NCBI GenBank assembly: GCA_902768335.1
Contig: CACXKR010000012.1
Span: 4,870-68,869, forward strand
Reading direction: 5' to 3'
Length of the DNA: 64,000 bases
Source of the DNA: an uncultured Erysipelotrichaceae bacterium
Lineage (GTDB): Bacteria; Bacillota_I; Bacilli_A; RFN20; CAG-826
The notes below the pieces were generated by a model. The model was not told the DNA's origin. It was given only the letters and a program-made list of their open reading frames with translations, and made no database searches. How positions within the stretch are numbered: position 1 is the first letter of the stretch; every line of letters begins with the position of its first letter. This document shows positions 48,919 to 56,359 of the stretch, piece after piece. Both the position numbers and the translations under genes were made by a program.

Positions 48919-48951
48919 TTGTTGTAAATAAATACATATGCTATCATATGT
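48919..48951 (+). promoter_or_regulatory. Promoter plus dyad operator of the RHH-MNT/HepT operon
   Basis: TTGTTG (48919-48924), 17-nt spacer, TATCAT (48942-48947). Inverted repeat ACATATG-ctat-CATATGT at 48934-48951 overlaps the -10. Confidence 0.6.
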
Positions 48952-48971
48952 TTGCAAAGGGGAAGATTAAG

Positions 48972-49427
48972 ATGTCTTTTAATCAAAAGCAGTACATTGA
49001 AAGTTATAACAAAAACAACTACAAAATGTTTCCTTTTCGTGTTCGAAAAGACGACACAAAAGTGATTGAAAAACTTACCAATGTACCAAGTATGAATAAA
49101 TATATTTATTCTCTTATTGATAATGACATTAATCCAAATATTTTAACTCTTAAACAAATTAAGGATAAAGTTTTGCCTATCTTATCTAAACACCACATCA
49201 ATGAGGTTTATTTGTTTGGTAGTTATGCTCGAGGCGAAGCAAAAAATACGAGTGACGTCGATATCTATTGCGAATCGGGCGATATAAAGACTTTTATTGA
49301 TCAAGGCTTTTTGGAAGATGAGTTAGAAGAAGCTCTAGGAAAAGAAGTTGATATTATTTTCATCGGCTCTAAAATGGATGACTTTTTCAAAAAGCAATTA
49401 GAAGGAGACAAAATTAGAATATGTTAA
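48972..49427 (+). CDS. MNT-type nucleotidyltransferase antitoxin with N-terminal RHH-like DNA-binding domain
   Basis: The NTase motif LFGSYARGEA...SDVDIY is preceded by a domain of about 70 aa (YKMFPFRVRKDDTKVIEKL...NKYIYSLI) with a strand-helix-helix pattern. ATG 48972 has SD aagggga. Confidence 0.8.
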   Translation: MSFNQKQYIESYNKNNYKMFPFRVRKDDTKVIEKLTNVPSMNKYIYSLIDNDINPNILTLKQIKDKVLPILSKHHINEVYLFGSYARGEAKNTSDVDIYCESGDIKTFIDQGFLEDELEEALGKEVDIIFIGSKMDDFFKKQLEGDKIRIC

Positions 49428-49765
49428 CAATCAAAGAGCAAGGTTTGCTTAGAAATATCATTAAACATTGTGAAAAAATAATCGAAAAAACAAACGATCT
49501 CTCAAGGGAAAAATTTGATAAAGATGAAGATGTTGTCCAAATCATTTGTTTTAACATTCTTCAAATTGGGGAACTTGTCAAAAATTTTGAACCATCATTT
49601 ATCGCCAAATTTAACGAGATTCCTTGGAGACAAATCAAAGGTATGAGGGATAAAGTGGCTCATGGCTATGGAACAATTGATTTAGATAGAGTTTGGGACA
49701 CCGCCCAACGAGACATAAAACCTTTGCTGTATTATTGCCAGAAAATAATTAGTGAAAACGTATAA
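49421..49765 (+). CDS. HepT (DUF86) family RNase toxin
   Basis: Rx4HxY motif RDKVAHGY. ATGTTAA overlap with the MNT gene. Confidence 0.8.
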   Translation: MLTIKEQGLLRNIIKHCEKIIEKTNDLSREKFDKDEDVVQIICFNILQIGELVKNFEPSFIAKFNEIPWRQIKGMRDKVAHGYGTIDLDRVWDTAQRDIKPLLYYCQKIISENV

Positions 49766-49856
49766 TTTGACTATAAAACAAATATTTTTAAAATAATTTA
49801 ATTATTTCTCGAAATAACATAACAAAGCATTATAATAATTTTATTGTTTTTAGTTT

Positions 49857-51347
49857 ATGAAAAAGACGCCTTTCAACAATCAAAAATATTTAAAGATTCA
49901 AAGGGAATCTATTTTGAAGCGGATCAATAAATTCGGAGATAAGCTTTATCTAGAATTTGGCGGAAAACTTTTTGATGATTATCACGCTAGTAGAGTGCTC
50001 CCTGGTTTTAAAAGCGATTCTAAACTTCAAATGCTTTTAGGCATTAAAGATAAAGTTGAAATAGTCATCGTTGTTTCAGCAAACGATATTGCTTCTAACA
50101 AAGTTAGAAATGATACGCTTATCACCTATCAAGAAGAGGTTGAAAGACTCATCGATACTTATCGTGAAGTTGGTTTCTACGTCAGCAGTGTTGTCATCTC
50201 TTTTTATGAAAGCTTATTAACTGTAGATAATTTCATTAAGAAATTAGAACATAATAATTTAAAAGTTTATCGCCACTATAAAATTAATGGTTATCCTCAA
50301 AATATTTCCTTAATCGTTTCTGAAGATGGATTAGGAAAGAATGAGTACATTCAAACCACAAAACCTTTAGTGGTGGTGACTGCACCAGGCCCAGGAAGCG
50401 GAAAGATGGCAACTTGCTTGTCACAACTCTATCACGAAAATAAAAGAGGTATTCGCGCTGGATACGCTAAATACGAAACGTTCCCAGTCTGGAATCTTCC
50501 ACTTAATCATCCAGTTAATTTAGCTTACGAAGCAGCAACTGTTGATTTGAGCGATGTCAATATGATCGATCCTTATCATCTTGAAGCGTATAATCAAACC
50601 GCGGTTAATTATAACCGAGATATCGAAGTATTCCCTTTATTAAAAAATATCTTTGAAAAGATCTATGGTGAATCTCCATATAATTCACCAACCGATATGG
50701 GCGTTAATAAAGTTGGTTTTGCTATCGAAGATGAAGAAGGCGTTATCAAAGCCTGTAATGAAGAAATCATTCGTCGATATTATCAAACCCTTAAGAATGT
50801 TTATCTAGGCCGTTTTAATGATGATTCAATCAATAAAATTGAAATATTGCTCAACAAGGCAAATGTTTCAACTTCTTCTCGTCGCTGTGTTAACGAATGT
50901 TTAAAAGCCGCTAAAGAAAGCGAAGAACCAAGCGTTGCCATCGAATTAAGTAATGGCAAAATCATCACCGGTCATCGTAGTCCACTCTTCGGTGCTTGTG
51001 CAGCTGCCCTTTTAAACGCGATGAAATATCTAGCGAAAATCGATAAAAAGATGTTTTTATTAATGCCAGCGGTTCTTGAACCAATCAAAGAATTAAAAAC
51101 AAATTATCTTCATAGAAGCAATACTCGTTTAAGAGCAGAAGAAGTGCTCCTCGCATTATCGATTCAATCAAAAACGAACCCTCTTGCCGAACTCGCTATT
51201 AAACAACTTCCAAAATTAATCGGTTGCGAAGCCCATAGTAGCACCATTCTTTCACAAGTTGACTTAGGAACGCTTAATAGACTTGGCCTCCGCGTTACGG
51301 AAGAACCAATATCTTATAAACAAAAACTCTACACAAACAATCAATAG
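49857..51347 (+). CDS. DUF1846/UPF0371 family protein
   Basis: About 496 aa with N-terminus FNNQKYLKIQRESILKRI...HASRVLPGF, typical of the conserved Firmicutes UPF0371 family. Function unknown. Confidence 0.7.
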   Translation: MKKTPFNNQKYLKIQRESILKRINKFGDKLYLEFGGKLFDDYHASRVLPGFKSDSKLQMLLGIKDKVEIVIVVSANDIASNKVRNDTLITYQEEVERLIDTYREVGFYVSSVVISFYESLLTVDNFIKKLEHNNLKVYRHYKINGYPQNISLIVSEDGLGKNEYIQTTKPLVVVTAPGPGSGKMATCLSQLYHENKRGIRAGYAKYETFPVWNLPLNHPVNLAYEAATVDLSDVNMIDPYHLEAYNQTAVNYNRDIEVFPLLKNIFEKIYGESPYNSPTDMGVNKVGFAIEDEEGVIKACNEEIIRRYYQTLKNVYLGRFNDDSINKIEILLNKANVSTSSRRCVNECLKAAKESEEPSVAIELSNGKIITGHRSPLFGACAAALLNAMKYLAKIDKKMFLLMPAVLEPIKELKTNYLHRSNTRLRAEEVLLALSIQSKTNPLAELAIKQLPKLIGCEAHSSTILSQVDLGTLNRLGLRVTEEPISYKQKLYTNNQ

Positions 51348-51383
51348 ACATTTCTTTTATTCTTTAATAAAATTATTCACACT

Positions 51384-51468
51384 GCTCACGTGGTGAAACT
51401 GGTAGACGCAATGGACTCAAAATCCGTCGGAGAAATCCATGTCGGTTCGATTCCGACCGTGAGCACCA
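51384..51468 (+). tRNA. tRNA-Leu (anticodon CAA), CCA encoded
   Basis: Acceptor GCTCACG/CGTGAGC, anticodon arm ATGGA-CTCAAAA-TCCGT, long variable arm, T arm GTCGG-TTCGATT-CCGAC. Candidate promoter TAGACA-16-TAAAAT at 51346-51373. Confidence 0.9.
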
Positions 51469-51574
51469 TCTAATGAACTTAGTCCTTGATACAATTCGTA
51501 TTGAGGATTTTTTTGTATCAAAATTATTGATTGATGATACAATAAATGATACAATAAATTTGCGAGGTAAAAAT

Positions 51575-52909
51575 ATGGAAAATCGTGAATCAGAAACAGT
51601 TGAATTTAAAAAAAGTACATCAGAATTGAAACAAGGAATTGTATCTCTATCTTCCATGCTCAATAAGTCAGGTAGTGGAATTTTATATTTTGGAGTGTTG
51701 AACGATTCGACAGTAGTGGGTCAACAAATAGGAAAAGACACAACACACGATATTTCTGTTGAAATTAAAAACCATATTAAACCAGAAGTTATTCCAACAG
51801 TAGAATTAATAAATATTAACGATAAATACATTATAAAAGTATCAGTTGCTGGTATAAAAAAACCTTATTCTGCTTATGGAAGGTATTATATTAGAAGCGA
51901 TGATGAAGATTTGCTGATGAGTAATGAAATACTTGAGCAGTTTTTCAAAGACGATTCTATTGATTATTCAAAATGGGAAAACGCAATTACTGAATGGACA
52001 ATTGATGATATTGATGAAGAGAGATTGATTAGGTATTTTAACGAAGCTAACGAATGCGGAAGATTGAATTATGTTTATAAAGACAGCATTGATGCTTTAA
52101 CGAAATTAGGTCTTTTTAAGAACAATCATTTAAATAACGCAGGATACTACCTTTTTTCAAAAAATAAGCCACTCAAATTGAAATTAGCTGTTTTTAATAC
52201 TGATGAAAGATTATCTTTTTCTGACATCAAACTATTTGAAGGCAATATATTTGATTGCATCGAAGAAGGAATTCGTTACATTTCTGAAAGAATGAGGTGG
52301 AATGCTAAGATTGTTGGAAGCAAGAGAGTAGAATCTCCAGAGATACCACTAGAAGCAATTAGAGAAATTGTTGTTAATAGTTTCGCTCATATGAAGGTAA
52401 ATCCAGCTATTTTAAACGAAATCTATTTAACTCCTACCAAAATAAAAATCAGTAATCCAGGCAATATTGCTAAGAACATTGATCCAATGGATTTTGCAAT
52501 AGGAAAACAAAGTCCGATATTAAGGAACCCACTGATTGATATGACTTTATATAAAAATAATACTATTGACTCTTTTGCTACTGGCTTTGAAAGAACTTTC
52601 AAACTCTGCAAGGAAGCAGGGATAAAATGGGAATATGAAAATACTAAAACATCCTTCAGTTTTACTTTTATTAGATCAAATGATACAACAAATGATACAA
52701 CAAATGATACAATAAAAAATCGCCAAAGCGATATTATTAGTCTAATTAAAAAAGCTCCTTCAATAACAAGAAAAGAGATAGCGCAGACATTAAATATTTC
52801 AGAGCCAACGGTTGCAAGAGACTTAAAACTACTACAAGAAATTGGCATCATCAAAAGAAATGGTTCAAACAAAACAGGCTATTGGGAGATACTAGAAAAT
52901 GGCAAATAA
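51575..52909 (+). CDS. AlbA_2 (Schlafen-like) / HATPase_c_4 ATP-binding protein with C-terminal winged HTH
   Basis: The N-terminal ESETVEFKKS motif is diagnostic of the AlbA_2 divergent-AAA domain. A central RecG-C-terminal-like ATPase-like region follows. C-terminal HTH ITRKEIAQTLNISEPTVARDLKLL. SD gaggt precedes ATG 51575. Confidence 0.65.
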   Translation: MENRESETVEFKKSTSELKQGIVSLSSMLNKSGSGILYFGVLNDSTVVGQQIGKDTTHDISVEIKNHIKPEVIPTVELININDKYIIKVSVAGIKKPYSAYGRYYIRSDDEDLLMSNEILEQFFKDDSIDYSKWENAITEWTIDDIDEERLIRYFNEANECGRLNYVYKDSIDALTKLGLFKNNHLNNAGYYLFSKNKPLKLKLAVFNTDERLSFSDIKLFEGNIFDCIEEGIRYISERMRWNAKIVGSKRVESPEIPLEAIREIVVNSFAHMKVNPAILNEIYLTPTKIKISNPGNIAKNIDPMDFAIGKQSPILRNPLIDMTLYKNNTIDSFATGFERTFKLCKEAGIKWEYENTKTSFSFTFIRSNDTTNDTTNDTIKNRQSDIISLIKKAPSITRKEIAQTLNISEPTVARDLKLLQEIGIIKRNGSNKTGYWEILENGK

Positions 52910-53279
52910 AGAATTTAAAAACATTGAAGAATTTATTGAAGGATTCACTAGAAATGGTCCTACTCCTGAAAATTATAATTATGATGGTGTAATATGGGGA
53001 ATGGAATTCCAGTATAAAAATAGAATTTTTAGAGTTACAAGAGATACTATTGGACACGAAAAAGAAATCCGAATTAAATTCAATAAATCAGAAAAAGCAC
53101 ATATTCAACTATTCGAAATACCCGTTAACGAATATCCAAATGCCGATGGAAAAGATTTGAACATGTATTTAGGTATATTTGATGACGTAAACGACTTGCT
53201 TGATAATGGCAAGATAGATGGTGTTTCGCTTAGAAATATCATTGCAAGCGACCAAACTGAAATTCTTGCAATTGATTAA
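52899..53279 (+). CDS. Hypothetical 126-aa protein translationally coupled to the AlbA_2 gene
   Basis: Overlaps the upstream gene by 11 nt. No domain recognised. Confidence 0.5.
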   Translation: MANKEFKNIEEFIEGFTRNGPTPENYNYDGVIWGMEFQYKNRIFRVTRDTIGHEKEIRIKFNKSEKAHIQLFEIPVNEYPNADGKDLNMYLGIFDDVNDLLDNGKIDGVSLRNIIASDQTEILAID

Positions 53280-53489
53280 TAAAAACTTAAATAATTGATA
53301 AACGCTCTGATTAGCATTCGGGGCGTTTTATTATTTGTCTCAAAAGGTATAGTTTTTCACTTCTCAACTAACCAAGTTAAACGGCATCATTCTACCATTT
53401 TTATGCGCACATGTAATGATGAAACTGATTTTATTTTAAAATATAGTTGAAATTTGGAATAATATAAAATATCATAATTGTCGCCCTTT

Positions 53490-53565
53490 GCCGTCGTAGC
53501 TCAGTCGGTAGAGCAACTGTCTCGTAATCAGTAGGTCGGGAGTTCGATTCTCTTCGACGGCACCA
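53490..53565 (+). tRNA. tRNA-Thr (anticodon CGT), CCA encoded
   Basis: Acceptor GCCGTCG/CGACGGC, anticodon loop CTCGTAA (31-39 U-U mismatch), T loop TTCGATT. Candidate promoter TTGAAA-17-TATCAT at 53447-53475. Confidence 0.85.
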
Positions 53566-53584
53566 TTTCCCAGAAAAAAGCATT

Positions 53585-53660
53585 GGGTGTTTAGCTCAGC
53601 TGGGAGAGCATCTGTTTGACGTACAGAAGGTCACAGGTTCGAGCCCTGTAGCACCCACCA
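53585..53660 (+). tRNA. tRNA-Val (anticodon GAC), CCA encoded
   Basis: Acceptor GGGTGTT/AGCACCC, anticodon arm TCTGT-TTGACGT-ACAGA, T arm ACAGG-TTCGAGC-CCTGT. Confidence 0.9.
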
Positions 53661-53672
53661 TTTACTAAGAAT

Positions 53673-53700
53673 TCCAATGTCGTAAGATGTTGGATTTTTT
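53673..53700 (+). terminator. Repeated terminator module, copy 1 (after tRNA-Val)
   Basis: TCCAATGTCgtaaGATGTTGGA hairpin (two G-U pairs, so specific to the + strand) followed by TTTTTT. The same 22-mer recurs at 55362 and 58580. Confidence 0.75.
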
Positions 53701-53736
53701 ATTGCGTTTAGATTAGCACTCTTACACAGTAAGTGC

Positions 53737-53763
53737 TTGACTCTCTCTCTCTCTCTTTAGAAT
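53737..53763 (+). promoter_or_regulatory. Promoter cassette 1: TTGACT-(CT)n-TAGAAT, 15-nt spacer
   Basis: -35 TTGACT at 53737-53742 and -10 TAGAAT at 53758-53763. The spacer is CTCTCTCTCTCTCT plus T (15 nt). SD aggag and ATG 53803 lie downstream. Confidence 0.7.
53741..53756 (+). repeat. (CT)8 dinucleotide microsatellite inside the promoter spacer
   Basis: Direct count of 16 nt of perfect CT repeat, including the CT that ends TTGACT. Confidence 0.95.
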
Positions 53764-53802
53764 TAAAGATATCTCTAAATGCAACTCAATCAGGAGAATC
53801 TT

Positions 53803-55311
53803 ATGAAAACACGTAAATCAATTTTTGTCGTTTCTTGTTTTATGCCTTTTTTGCTTGGCGCATGTGGTGAAGCCGGAACTACGTCTTCAGGAATCGCAAG
53901 CAATCCATATGCTGATCGAGCCGTTGATGTTAAATTAATTGCCGATAGCGATTTAACCGCGGACAAAAATTTCGCCATCATCTATGGTGGTAAGATTGAA
54001 AAATTAGAAGCTGCGACTAGAAATTATTCAACTTTTAAAGGTTGGTATACCAAGAAAGCCGATATCGAATATCTTGTTCATGATGGAAGCAAGTTCACCG
54101 CCGGATTCGATACCATTTCTAATGATAAATATTCAATCAATCAGTCCGAATCCAAAGAATTATCGGTCGAAATATATGCTAAATATGACACCGAAAACAT
54201 TTCAGTCCGTTTGATTGCGAATTCTGATATTTCCGAAGATAAAACCATTGAAGTACCTTATTACTCTAATATGCCTACTCCTTCAGCAGTTGAAAAATCT
54301 CATAACGTTTATGTCGGTTGGCATACCGAATATAACGATGCTAAAGTGGTGGTCTATAAAAATAATTCATTCATCAAAGGAATGGAAAAATTATCCTTGG
54401 ATAATTATGAGATTAATCTAAATAAAGAAACTACCTTATATGCTGATTTTGAATTAGAGAAGATTGATGTTACTTGTCATCTTCCTAATGGAACCTCAAG
54501 CGTTGTTAAAGTTCCTTATCAATCTAAAGTTGAAAGATTTGCTTCTTCTTTAAGAGTGAATGGCTTTGCGGTCTCCAAATGGTCAACTGTTGAAAACGAT
54601 ACCTCATTAGAACACATTTTCACCGATGATGTTACAGCGCCTATAACCTTATATGCTGCTGAATACGATAAATATTATGTCGAATTCGTCGCCGATGAAG
54701 ATGTTCAATTCTTTTTTGCTTTACCAGGAAGCGAAATCAATGTTCCAGAAGTTCCACATATTTCAGGTTATCGTTCATCTGGCTACAAAGATAAAAACGG
54801 AAATCTCGTTTCTGGTAAATTAGTTGTTAATGCATGCGCTACATATGTAGCAACTTATGAAATCGCTACTTTTTCATGCACTAAATATGGTCAACTACAG
54901 AACACCGAGATTTATACTCCTAAAGCCTATAACAACACTTCCAATTATCGTCATTGGTCAGATACCATTAACTTTGGCACTACCTATTCGATAAAAGCTC
55001 TTAAATCTATTGGATATACTAAATTCAATTTAAGAATCCATTTATTCATCCATTCCATCAATGATGGATATCAAGACATCTTCGTTTATTCGCCAAATAG
55101 AGAACTTTACCATCAACAATATTCATATGGTGAAGATGCATATGGCGAGGTTAGTTTCAATTATTCTTTGAATTTTGCTGATTTAGATAACAATTCATTC
55201 TTTGAAATTAAATATGCCGCAAGTGGATGGTTTAATACTTTATTCTATTCAAATGGTAATCATTGGGTTTTATCCACGAATATAGAAGTGCAAATGACTC
55301 CTGCTAAATAA
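53803..55311 (+). CDS. Surface lipoprotein with Listeria-Bacteroides (Flg_new-type) repeats
   Basis: Lipobox FLLGAC. Repeated modules carrying the F/Y-x-GW-x-T signature (TFKGWYTKKAD, VYVGWHTEYND, AVSKWSTVEND). ATG 53803 has SD aggag. Confidence 0.75.
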   Translation: MKTRKSIFVVSCFMPFLLGACGEAGTTSSGIASNPYADRAVDVKLIADSDLTADKNFAIIYGGKIEKLEAATRNYSTFKGWYTKKADIEYLVHDGSKFTAGFDTISNDKYSINQSESKELSVEIYAKYDTENISVRLIANSDISEDKTIEVPYYSNMPTPSAVEKSHNVYVGWHTEYNDAKVVVYKNNSFIKGMEKLSLDNYEINLNKETTLYADFELEKIDVTCHLPNGTSSVVKVPYQSKVERFASSLRVNGFAVSKWSTVENDTSLEHIFTDDVTAPITLYAAEYDKYYVEFVADEDVQFFFALPGSEINVPEVPHISGYRSSGYKDKNGNLVSGKLVVNACATYVATYEIATFSCTKYGQLQNTEIYTPKAYNNTSNYRHWSDTINFGTTYSIKALKSIGYTKFNLRIHLFIHSINDGYQDIFVYSPNRELYHQQYSYGEDAYGEVSFNYSLNFADLDNNSFFEIKYAASGWFNTLFYSNGNHWVLSTNIEVQMTPAK

Positions 55312-55361
55312 TCTAATTTAAATAAGAGTGCTGGTCTTTGAACCAACCATTTGATAAGAAT

Positions 55362-55389
55362 TCCAATGTCGTAAGATGTTGGATTTTTT
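55362..55389 (+). terminator. Repeated terminator module, copy 2 (after the lipoprotein gene)
   Basis: Identical TCCAATGTCGTAAGATGTTGGA hairpin followed by TTTTTT. Confidence 0.75.
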
Positions 55390-55424
55390 ATTACTAAAAA
55401 TTGGCACTTTCACATAGTGAGTGC

Positions 55425-55453
55425 TTGACTCTCTCTCTCTCTCTCTTTAGAAT
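55425..55453 (+). promoter_or_regulatory. Promoter cassette 2: TTGACT-(CT)n-TAGAAT, 17-nt spacer
   Basis: -35 TTGACT at 55425-55430 and -10 TAGAAT at 55448-55453. The spacer is (CT)8 plus T (17 nt). ATG 55466 lies 12 nt after the -10, with no SD. Confidence 0.7.
55429..55446 (+). repeat. (CT)9 dinucleotide microsatellite inside the promoter spacer
   Basis: Direct count of 18 nt of perfect CT repeat, including the CT that ends TTGACT. Confidence 0.95.
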
Positions 55454-55465
55454 AAAAACAGTTAT

Positions 55466-56257
55466 ATGTTATTTACAAAAGGTATTGGAATTGCAAGTGT
55501 AGCAGTTAAAGCCGGAAAAGCCATCATTGCTGTAAAAAATGCTGGTGATAGCGGAAAGCTAGATTTTTTGGTTCCGAAATTTAGAGAATTAAGTAGCGAG
55601 ATTTTAAGTGATGAATATGATGACTCGCCAGAACTAATCACCGCTATTAAAAAAGCTAATAGTGCTATTAAAAAATCCAACAATAGTGAAGAGGATGCTG
55701 AAAAGGCTAAACAAGCGATTGAAGAAGCCTTATCTCTAATCGAAAAACAAAAAACCGAGTTAGATGAAAAAGATCAACAGCTTATAGAAGAAAGAAAGAA
55801 AAGAGAAGAAATCGAAGCAAACCTCAAAAAAATTGAAGAAGAACGTGTTCTTCAAGCTAAAAAGAAATCTCCAGAAAAAGTTAAAAAGGGAAGAATGATT
55901 GGGTTTGGAATCGCTTCGCTCATTTGCTTTTTTGTAGGAATTTATGCATTTATTCCTCATCAAACGACGGATTCGAGTGGAGCAACCGTGACGGAGACAA
56001 GTCCGATTGTTGGAATCACCTTATTAATCGGTGGTGGAATATTTCTAATATTATTCATTCTTTTTGCTTTAGAAAAAGTTGTTGTTAAATCTCTACAAGG
56101 GCATAAAGCTGTCGCTGTTAGTGGATTAACCAAGAATAGAGTTGTTGTAGATGGCGATTTAGTTTACGAGGGTAAAGAAGCTCTTGTTTATCTCGAACTT
56201 TCTGATGGCATAAAGTTCTCTGTGTCTTTTGAAGGCAAAGATGTAAAAATTCTTTAA
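55466..56257 (+). CDS. Membrane protein with coiled-coil region and two TM helices, unknown function
   Basis: 263 aa. Charged heptad-like segment (KQKTELDEKDQQLIEERKKREEIEANLKKIEEE), then two hydrophobic helices and a beta-rich C-terminus. Confidence 0.6.
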   Translation: MLFTKGIGIASVAVKAGKAIIAVKNAGDSGKLDFLVPKFRELSSEILSDEYDDSPELITAIKKANSAIKKSNNSEEDAEKAKQAIEEALSLIEKQKTELDEKDQQLIEERKKREEIEANLKKIEEERVLQAKKKSPEKVKKGRMIGFGIASLICFFVGIYAFIPHQTTDSSGATVTETSPIVGITLLIGGGIFLILFILFALEKVVVKSLQGHKAVAVSGLTKNRVVVDGDLVYEGKEALVYLELSDGIKFSVSFEGKDVKIL

Positions 56258-56359
56258 TAATAATTAATCAATTAATTAATATTTTGTTTTGTACAGTGTT
56301 CATATTTTTTTCGACAATTTTTTAAAAAACCTCAGTAATTAGTATGTGGAGGCATCTTT

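Noticed and set aside
51373-51663. 96-aa minus-strand ORF, and the + ORF start at 51473 that abuts tRNA-Leu(CAA).
   Set aside because: The minus ORF is antisense to a well-folded tRNA. The + ORF extension has no SD, whereas ATG 51575 has gaggt at the correct spacing and coincides with the AlbA_2 domain start. The extension is kept only as a possible coding remnant in a finding.
53403-53441. 12-codon mini-ORF (MRTCNDETDFIL) in the gap before tRNA-Thr.
   Set aside because: It has no SD, no conservation evidence can be obtained here, and it lies in an AT-rich spacer that more plausibly holds the tRNA promoter.
55331-55349. GGTCTTTGAACCAACCA before promoter cassette 2 as a degenerate tRNA T-arm/acceptor remnant.
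   Set aside because: Only the last 10 or so nt resemble the tRNA-Val end, and the putative T-arm similarity is too weak to call a pseudogene. It is mentioned only as supporting context for the duplication.
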